Shown: positions 57,290-64,000 of the stretch, piece by piece
How positions within the stretch are numbered: position 1 is the stretch's first letter
How the letters are laid out: each line of letters opens with the position of its first letter
Assembly: GCA_964582965.1 (NCBI GenBank)
Contig: CAZOUN010000004.1
Coordinates: 923-64,922, forward strand
Direction of reading: 5' to 3'
Length of the DNA stretch: 64,000 nucleotides
Origin: an uncultured Anaerolineales bacterium
Lineage (GTDB): Bacteria; Chloroflexota; Anaerolineae; Anaerolineales; UBA11858
Translations under genes and position numbers: made by a program
Notes under the pieces: generated by a model
The model's database searches: none
Told to the model about the DNA's origin: nothing
The model's input: the letters and a program-made list of their open reading frames with translations, nothing else

Positions 57290-58279
57290 ATGAAAAAAAA
57301 TTTAAACAAAGGCGATGTAATAAAAGATCGCTATAAAATCAATGACGTCATAGGGCAAGGGGGAATGGGATGCGTTTATCTTGCTGACGATTTACGGTTG
57401 GCTGGAAGGCAGTGTGCTTTAAAAGCCGTTCATTACGAGCAAAATTTTCCCGAAGATGTCATCAACCAAACTAGAGATCAATTCAAACGTGAAGCAACTG
57501 TGCTGGCGATGCTTGACCACCCTAATTTACCCAAAGTATCTGATTTTTTCTCAGATGAGGAAAAAGATTACCTTGTTATGGATTATGTACCCGGTAAGGA
57601 TTTGCGAACTTTGATGCAAGAGGAAAGGAAAAAAGGAAAATTCCTGGCTGAAAGAGAAGTATTGAATTGGGCGAGCCAAATTGCAGATGCGTTGATCTAT
57701 CTCCACAATCAATCACCAGTAATTCTACACAGGGATATTAAACCCAGCAATATCAAACTTACGCCAACCGGGATCATAAAATTAGTGGATTTTGGATTAG
57801 TAAAATTATTGGTTTCAGGAGAGAATACGATCACTGTCGTTCATGGTCATGGATCGGCTTATTACACTCCGCTGGAACAATATGGTGGAGATACGGGACA
57901 TACTGATCCAAGGAGTGATGTTTATTCATTTGGCTCAACGCTATATCACCTGCTTACGAATAAGGCACCCCTGGAGGCGAGGCAGAGGTTTTTGGAATCT
58001 GCAGAAGATCAGCTAATTAGTGAATATAACAAGAAAATTAGTCCCAGAACTGAGCGGGCGATTGCTCTGGCAATGAATGTTCATCCTGATAAACGGATTC
58101 AAAGTGTTGGGGAATTTAAGGAATCGTTATTGGGGGACTGGAATCCGAGACAAAAACCGAATGGTGCCATGCCTGCACCCAAAATTCGAGAATTGATAAA
58201 GGCTACTGAAGAACAGGTATTAGCTTGGATAGCGTTGTTGATGTTTATGATCAGCATCGTAGCAACCTTGACGAAATAA
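57290..58279 (+). CDS. Hanks-type Ser/Thr protein kinase with C-terminal membrane anchor
   Basis: GQGGMG, ALK, HRDIKPSN, DFG and SDVYSFG motifs; terminal hydrophobic helix. Start taken as 57290. Confidence 0.93.
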   Translation: MKKNLNKGDVIKDRYKINDVIGQGGMGCVYLADDLRLAGRQCALKAVHYEQNFPEDVINQTRDQFKREATVLAMLDHPNLPKVSDFFSDEEKDYLVMDYVPGKDLRTLMQEERKKGKFLAEREVLNWASQIADALIYLHNQSPVILHRDIKPSNIKLTPTGIIKLVDFGLVKLLVSGENTITVVHGHGSAYYTPLEQYGGDTGHTDPRSDVYSFGSTLYHLLTNKAPLEARQRFLESAEDQLISEYNKKISPRTERAIALAMNVHPDKRIQSVGEFKESLLGDWNPRQKPNGAMPAPKIRELIKATEEQVLAWIALLMFMISIVATLTK

Positions 58280-58281
58280 GA

Positions 58282-61068
58282 TCAGGAATCGAAGAGCTTT
58301 TGGTAAAGAACAGCCAAGAACCAGGCAATTGAAGATCCCAATAATACTGATAACCCCAGGCCAAATATGGTTACACCATTTGAGAATATTGACGAAACGC
58401 CAGGCAGATCTAATGTTATGTAGTTATAAACAAACAAACCGGCGACCAGGCTCGATAAACTCCATCGTATACCCCATCGCACCAATCCACTTGTGGTTCC
58501 CACCTGATAGGCTATCACCGACACAAATACAATAATAATCAGAGAGAACCCCCAATTTCTCCATGAGGTGATTTGAGGATCAGCATTCTCGGAAGGGCTG
58601 CCAGTAGGACTGTCTTCTGAAGATAAATTATCTGAAGGCTGAGCAGTCTCATCCAATGCGGTGCCCTGAGAATCGTTATTGGTACCGGTCATTGAATTGC
58701 CCAATATATTAATCTCAACGGACGAGGATTTGGCCAGTGAACTTTGTGCTGAAACGATAATGTTGGCCTCCTCAACTACGATGTAACTGGTAGTTGCCGA
58801 ACCGTTTACGGTCGTTACGGTTGGAATACCGGTAGAATTGCCGCGTAATGTGACGATAAAATCTACAGGAGTCCCATCAGGTACCGGGTTTCCGTTATGA
58901 TCCAAAATAATGCTCGTGTGGAATTCGATAATATCTTGCACATGGTAGATAGGCGCAATAGGTGTGCTATCTGGTGGGTCAGTTGAGCTGGACGGATCAG
59001 GGATTTCTCCAATGTGTATCTGAAACTCAAGATCGGGATCTGGTGAAGTTGCGGAGATAAGATCGTAGTTAGCACCAGGAACTGAGACTGGTAAGCTTCC
59101 AGGGAAAGAAGGTAGCTCTTTAAATAATATTCGGGCCGAGGTATCAAGCGCAGCAGGCAATTTGCTATAGAGCGCAAAGAAAGCTGATATCTTAGATATA
59201 TTTGTGGCATCCAGATAGTATGGCGCTCCATAAGCGAATAAAATAATTCTTTTATCACGAAGAAGGTCCTGGCGTTCAGCCAGGAGTCTTGGCAGTGCGG
59301 ATGAGTAAGGGCGAGCTTCATTAACGTCTAGCGCAGCGATGATAATCCAATTTGCGTTATACAGATCAATTACCATCTGCTCAACTTCTTCAGGAAAATC
59401 TAATAATAAAGTTAGATCTTTAAATGAGTAAGAAGTAATGTTTGCACGAACCAAATGCCTTCCTGAGAATGGACCGTACAAACGAATAATCGCATCTTCG
59501 AGAGAAGTAGTGGAGAGAGTGGAAATTTCTGGGCAACCACTGCAAGCCGTTGTGGATTCTGTATCAGATAAGATAACAAGCCGGTCAGAGGAATTTGGGG
59601 CTGATTGGATAACTGAATCGAGCTGGGAGAGATCAGGATTGATCAATGTGGCGCTTTCCCTAGAAACAATTTCGGAAATATCGTTGTTGCCAATAGCAGA
59701 GAGGGTGTTTTCAGATGTAATGACATCAGAAATATCAAAATTTGGATATATAGAGTTCTTGAGAGTTAAAATTCGCAAAACTGATGTGTCCACACGGTCA
59801 GCAAAATCTTGATCCTCGCTATATTTCAAAGCGAAGAACTTTAGTGTTGAGATAATCTCAAAAGTGGGGATAGGATTTTGTTCATCGGTATAATTTCCAA
59901 GGTATAGAATATCATTCCCAGCTATAAAAGCATCAACTGCAACCCTGTCAACATTATAGGATTCTCCAGAGGGATCATATAACTGCCGCAATGCGACGCT
60001 TCCAAGATTGTCGCTAATGATCAAACCTCCATCATCCCGCCAAGTACCCAAGGATTCGAGTCCCATAAGGAGCTCAAATGCTTGAGGGTCTAAACTAATA
60101 GGACGTGTAGTAGAGCGAATATTACCTTGGAGACCTTGATATCGGATATGAGAATTTAATAAGGCGTCAGCTGTCGAATAGGGATCGGGCGCATTTCCGG
60201 TAACGGCAAAGAATGGCGCGAGATCGATTTGTTTTAGTTGTTCTAGAGATTTTCTTACGGTAGCAATTTCTTCTTCGGGGAGGCGATCAGAGCTGCCAAG
60301 TCCGGGAAAGTACTTAGCAACAACGGCGATATTATTAAGGCTTCCATTGTGAATTCCACGGATATAAGCCTGGCCAAATTTCCCCACCCAATAAGGATCA
60401 CCCCCAAACGAACGCACACCAAGGTCGCTCTGACCGGGTGAAGGATTTGAGACAACATCAAGGCTGGGACCAAATAATAAATTAATTCCCAGAGATGATA
60501 GTTCTCGGCCCACCTGTGAGCCGACCTGTTCGGCAAGAGAAGGATCCCATGTAGCGCCAAGAGACATTTGGCTTGGAATAGGACTAAGGCCGGTGATCAA
60601 TTCGGAGAACTCAGAACGATCTCCTTCCTGAGATATTCCAATTAGAAGGGGAATGTATTCTGAGGACTTCCCACCGAGTGATGCGGAATCTTCGGTCGTT
60701 AGATCAGAGGTATCAAACTCGATCATTTGAAGTTCTTTAACTAAATTCCAACAATCCTCAGGCATATTGTTTGGGTTTTGAAAATTGTCATTGTCTCGGT
60801 TGAGGATAACTCCACCAATGTGATAGTTTGAGATTAATTCAAAAATCGGTGAAGCTGGGCTGGTATCTACTCCTTTGAACGTGATCAAAAATAATTGACC
60901 GACCTTTTCTTCAGTAGTTAAAGTTGCCAGCTGAATAAGGGCCGTTTCTGACGGAAACTCAGAAAACTGCCCGGCCGAGGCTGAATTAACAGGTAAAACA
61001 GATAGTAAAAACGATCCAATGATCGAACAACTTAAAATGGTCTGTTGAAAGCGGTTTTGAAATTTCAT
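58282..61068 (-). CDS. Exported, C-terminally membrane-anchored GH3 (NagZ-like) protein with degenerate active site
   Basis: Signal peptide, EEKVGQL, RSFGGDP, KYFPGLG and ISDNL motifs; Ser/Pro/Asp-rich linker; C-terminal TM helices. Confidence 0.8.
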   Translation of the reverse strand: MKFQNRFQQTILSCSIIGSFLLSVLPVNSASAGQFSEFPSETALIQLATLTTEEKVGQLFLITFKGVDTSPASPIFELISNYHIGGVILNRDNDNFQNPNNMPEDCWNLVKELQMIEFDTSDLTTEDSASLGGKSSEYIPLLIGISQEGDRSEFSELITGLSPIPSQMSLGATWDPSLAEQVGSQVGRELSSLGINLLFGPSLDVVSNPSPGQSDLGVRSFGGDPYWVGKFGQAYIRGIHNGSLNNIAVVAKYFPGLGSSDRLPEEEIATVRKSLEQLKQIDLAPFFAVTGNAPDPYSTADALLNSHIRYQGLQGNIRSTTRPISLDPQAFELLMGLESLGTWRDDGGLIISDNLGSVALRQLYDPSGESYNVDRVAVDAFIAGNDILYLGNYTDEQNPIPTFEIISTLKFFALKYSEDQDFADRVDTSVLRILTLKNSIYPNFDISDVITSENTLSAIGNNDISEIVSRESATLINPDLSQLDSVIQSAPNSSDRLVILSDTESTTACSGCPEISTLSTTSLEDAIIRLYGPFSGRHLVRANITSYSFKDLTLLLDFPEEVEQMVIDLYNANWIIIAALDVNEARPYSSALPRLLAERQDLLRDKRIILFAYGAPYYLDATNISKISAFFALYSKLPAALDTSARILFKELPSFPGSLPVSVPGANYDLISATSPDPDLEFQIHIGEIPDPSSSTDPPDSTPIAPIYHVQDIIEFHTSIILDHNGNPVPDGTPVDFIVTLRGNSTGIPTVTTVNGSATTSYIVVEEANIIVSAQSSLAKSSSVEINILGNSMTGTNNDSQGTALDETAQPSDNLSSEDSPTGSPSENADPQITSWRNWGFSLIIIVFVSVIAYQVGTTSGLVRWGIRWSLSSLVAGLFVYNYITLDLPGVSSIFSNGVTIFGLGLSVLLGSSIAWFLAVLYQKLFDS

Positions 61069-61097
61069 TTGTTTTGACTAAAATGCTTTGAAGCGAA

Positions 61098-61862
61098 TTA
61101 TTTATTATTGTACCCGCTCATGCTCAGGGTTCGTAACCCAAGTACAGGATCGTCTGTAAAAAAACCGTCCACTCCGCACTTCAAGGCATGAAGGATATCA
61201 GCAGGGTAGTTCAAGGTATATGCGTACACTTTTTTACCGAGGTCATGAAGTGCATTTACACGATATTCAGTTATGAATGCTAAGGACGTGCTAATGGTTT
61301 GAACATCTGAAATCAAAGATGGAAAGAGCAGGCATAGATCGATATGAGCAGGCTTATGAAGCAGCAGCTCTCTGGGAACTGATGAAAGGTGTCGATACAT
61401 TCTTGAAAGGGCGACTGGATTAAATGAAGAAATTAAGACACGATTTACGGCTTGATATTTTTGAATTAGTTCTGCGACCTTCTTGGGTAACGAGTCGAAG
61501 GGAGAAATAATATTTTTGAGCTCAATATTCATGAAGATAGCTGGATCGACGTCGTTGAAAACTTCTTCAAGGGTTGGAATTTTTGAATCAGGATAGGCAG
61601 TCCCAAAAGAGGTACCGGCATTCAGTGTTTTTAGCTGACCAAGGGTTTTTCGCTGGATTCGACCGGAACCATTTGTTGTTCTCGAAACAGTGAAATCATG
61701 AAAAACGACTACTTTGCCGTCAGCCGAAAGTTGGACATCTAGTTCAATCGCTGGCGCTCCCTGGCTGATTGCTAAGTGAAAGGCGGGTAATGTATTCTCA
61801 GGGGCATGAGCGCTGGCACCCCTGTGAGCGATTAGAACAGGGTTGGGAAGTGAGTTAAACAT
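61098..61862 (-). CDS. Glycerophosphodiester phosphodiesterase
   Basis: AHRGAS...PENT, ELDV, HD, NIELK and FTDDP motifs. Confidence 0.93.
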   Translation of the reverse strand: MFNSLPNPVLIAHRGASAHAPENTLPAFHLAISQGAPAIELDVQLSADGKVVVFHDFTVSRTTNGSGRIQRKTLGQLKTLNAGTSFGTAYPDSKIPTLEEVFNDVDPAIFMNIELKNIISPFDSLPKKVAELIQKYQAVNRVLISSFNPVALSRMYRHLSSVPRELLLHKPAHIDLCLLFPSLISDVQTISTSLAFITEYRVNALHDLGKKVYAYTLNYPADILHALKCGVDGFFTDDPVLGLRTLSMSGYNNK

Positions 61863-61883
61863 TAAAGACCGGAAAGTAAATTA

Positions 61884-63233
61884 TTATAAATCCACAAAGA
61901 AGGCATCTGCAGCTTGGTCAATCAACTCCCTGGTCATCTCTGGTTTACAACCAAGGAATTTTGATATATCAAGAATTTGATTGCAAATTTCTCTCGGATG
62001 TGACCCGCGTAAATTACGACCAGGTTTGATATACCAGTTTTTGATCAAGTAAGCCAGATTTTCTTCAATGAATGGAATTTTCTTAGAATCGGCTACTGAT
62101 TTGAAGATAGATCGATATTCTTCGAAAGAAGGATCGCCAACCCGTATCTTGTGGCGAAGACGCCTCAAGAAAGCCTCATCAACGAGGTCTCTGGGAGGGA
62201 GATTAGTAGAGAAAACGATCATTTCATTAAAGGGGACTTCAACTTTTCGGCCTGTGTGAAGGGTGAGAAAGTCGATCTGATTTTCAAGAGGGATGATCCA
62301 GCGATTCAAAAGATCGGTTGGCCTGACTTGCTGTCGGCCAAAGTCATCAACCAACAAAATGCCGCCAGCTGCTTTTAGCTGGAATGGTGCTTCATAGAAT
62401 TTTGATACCGGGTTGAAGACCAGGTCAAGATCCGTTAAAGTCAATTCGCCACCTACAACAATGAATGGCCTCTTGATGCGTATCCAGCGGGGATCGCGTC
62501 TTAGACCGGTTTTTAATTGGCCCGTCCCGGATTCCGCTACATCACGTTCAGGTATGATCTCGTGATTTACCGAATCGTATAGCTTTACAACCTGACCTTC
62601 GATAAAGATAGCGTAGGGGATGTAAATACTTTCCCGAAGGATCATCGAGCCTATTGCCCTAGCAATACTGGTCTTACCGTTGCCGGGAGGACCGTAAATA
62701 AAAACGGAAGTTCCTGAATTGATTGCCGGACCTACTCGGTTGATGATATCTTCTGATAAGGTCAAATCACCAAGGTAGGATCGAAGAGCTCGAGGAGAAA
62801 CATTCAATTTTCCGAGACTTTGGCGAACAATTGCTTTGTTGTAATCTTCAAGAGTGACAGGGGCTTGTGCGGCGTACTGGCTGCGTTCCAAAGCTTCACG
62901 GGCCCGGTTAATACCAGCTTGAGTGATCCCGTACTGATATGAACCTTCGCCGAGGCCCATTGTGGAAGCCTTGACTTCGATGAATTTCTCACGTTTAAGG
63001 GATTCTACAATCTTGTCAATAATTGCTGTATAAGGCAATGAGATTTTCTCGGCAATTTCATACCCTGTTAAGTAGCCCTGATAGTAGAAAATCTTGAGAG
63101 CGAGATCCTGGAGCCAGAGTTTGGATAGACCAGTATCGCTAATTTGTGTTATAGGAGGTGGGCCAAAAGGCTTTGTACCAGTGTGGTGAAATTCAGCTTC
63201 AGTATTAGAGGGCTGTATTCTGGGAGGATTCAT
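61884..63233 (-). CDS. AAA+-type ATPase of unknown function
   Basis: N-terminal wHTH-like region, Walker A GPPGNGKT, Walker B LLVDDFGRQ, DEAFLRR. Confidence 0.8.
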   Translation of the reverse strand: MNPPRIQPSNTEAEFHHTGTKPFGPPPITQISDTGLSKLWLQDLALKIFYYQGYLTGYEIAEKISLPYTAIIDKIVESLKREKFIEVKASTMGLGEGSYQYGITQAGINRAREALERSQYAAQAPVTLEDYNKAIVRQSLGKLNVSPRALRSYLGDLTLSEDIINRVGPAINSGTSVFIYGPPGNGKTSIARAIGSMILRESIYIPYAIFIEGQVVKLYDSVNHEIIPERDVAESGTGQLKTGLRRDPRWIRIKRPFIVVGGELTLTDLDLVFNPVSKFYEAPFQLKAAGGILLVDDFGRQQVRPTDLLNRWIIPLENQIDFLTLHTGRKVEVPFNEMIVFSTNLPPRDLVDEAFLRRLRHKIRVGDPSFEEYRSIFKSVADSKKIPFIEENLAYLIKNWYIKPGRNLRGSHPREICNQILDISKFLGCKPEMTRELIDQAADAFFVDL

Positions 63234-63335
63234 TGACCATCTCCGATTATGTTAAAAGTTATTGCAGTATAATAAACAAAAATACCAAAGAAATTATAGC
63301 ATGGTTATCGAGGAAGTATATAAATAAAGGATTTT

Positions 63336-64000
63336 ATGAAACTGTCAGTGATTATTCCTATCTACAATGAAATTCATACGCTGGAAGAAATAATTTCCAG
63401 AGTTAAAAAAACCAATCTCGCTGATGAGATTATCCTGGTTGATGATGGATCTGTCGATGGTACCCGAGATATTGTGAAGAAATACCATGACCAAAATGGT
63501 TTTGTAGTAGTTATACACGAGAAAAACCAGGGCAAGGGAGCTGCGGTACGAAGCGGTTTTGAAGTTGCCAAAGGTGATATCTTTTTAATCCAGGACGCAG
63601 ATCTTGAATATGATCCACGGGAATACCCAAATCTTCTGAAACCTTTGGAAGAAGGATTGGCAGATGTTGTTTACGGTTCGAGGTTCTTGGGTTCTTCAAG
63701 AAGAGTAGCCATGTTTTGGCATATGATCGCTAATAAATTGCTTACTCTATTTACGAATATTCTATATGACACAATATTGACTGATATGGAAACAGGATAC
63801 AAAGTCTTTAAACGCGAGGTTGTAGCTGATATGCCACTCCACGCCAAGAGATTTGAATTTGAACCCGAATTTACAGCGAAGATATTGAAAAGGAAGTACA
63901 GGATATTCGAAGTACCTATAACATTTAATCCTAGAGATTATGAAGAAGGAAAAAAGATTGGTATAGCCGATGCTTTTGCAGCGATTTGGGCTCTGGCTAA
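63336..64000 (+). CDS. GT2 glycosyltransferase (DPM1-like), 3'-truncated; absent from the supplied ORF track
   Basis: My own translation from ATG 63336: MKLSVIIPIYNE, VDDGSVDGT, NQGKGAA, QDADLEYDP, VYGSRF, DMETGYK. No stop before the window end. Confidence 0.92.
   Translation, partial: MKLSVIIPIYNEIHTLEEIISRVKKTNLADEIILVDDGSVDGTRDIVKKYHDQNGFVVVIHEKNQGKGAAVRSGFEVAKGDIFLIQDADLEYDPREYPNLLKPLEEGLADVVYGSRFLGSSRRVAMFWHMIANKLLTLFTNILYDTILTDMETGYKVFKREVVADMPLHAKRFEFEPEFTAKILKRKYRIFEVPITFNPRDYEEGKKIGIADAFAAIWALA

Noticed and set aside
58560-58700. Ser/Asp/Pro-rich stretch in the GH3 gene as a DNA repeat
   Set aside because: It is a low-complexity protein linker with no nucleotide periodicity.

Overview
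A 64 kb chromosomal segment of about 53 tightly packed CDSs plus one tRNA-Asn(GTT). I saw no transposase, integrase, prophage or CRISPR array. Gene content (CpXC protein, glutaredoxin-DUF2085 fusion, roadblock/V4R/MglA module, Tat-exported L,D-transpeptidase) suggests Chloroflexota, probably Anaerolineae; this is inferred, not measured. All family assignments come from motif recognition, with no database searches. Best novelty candidate: a coupled operon at 30660-35002 in which a CPA1 cation/H+ antiporter carries a fused C-terminal DarA/PstA-like (PII-like, c-di-AMP receptor family) domain and is followed by two free, mutually divergent DarA paralogues. This suggests a heterotrimeric nucleotide-sensing gate. 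Other candidates: an Hrq1/MrfA-type helicase with an intact-looking HNH nuclease inserted before DUF1998; serine palmitoyltransferase-like and bacterial ceramide synthase-like genes with a Spinster-like MFS; an A-B-A'-B' cluster of four GT-C glycosyltransferases; a roadblock/V4R/MglA/DUF4388 GTPase module; and several apparently degenerate enzymes (GH3, class III cyclase, CapA).
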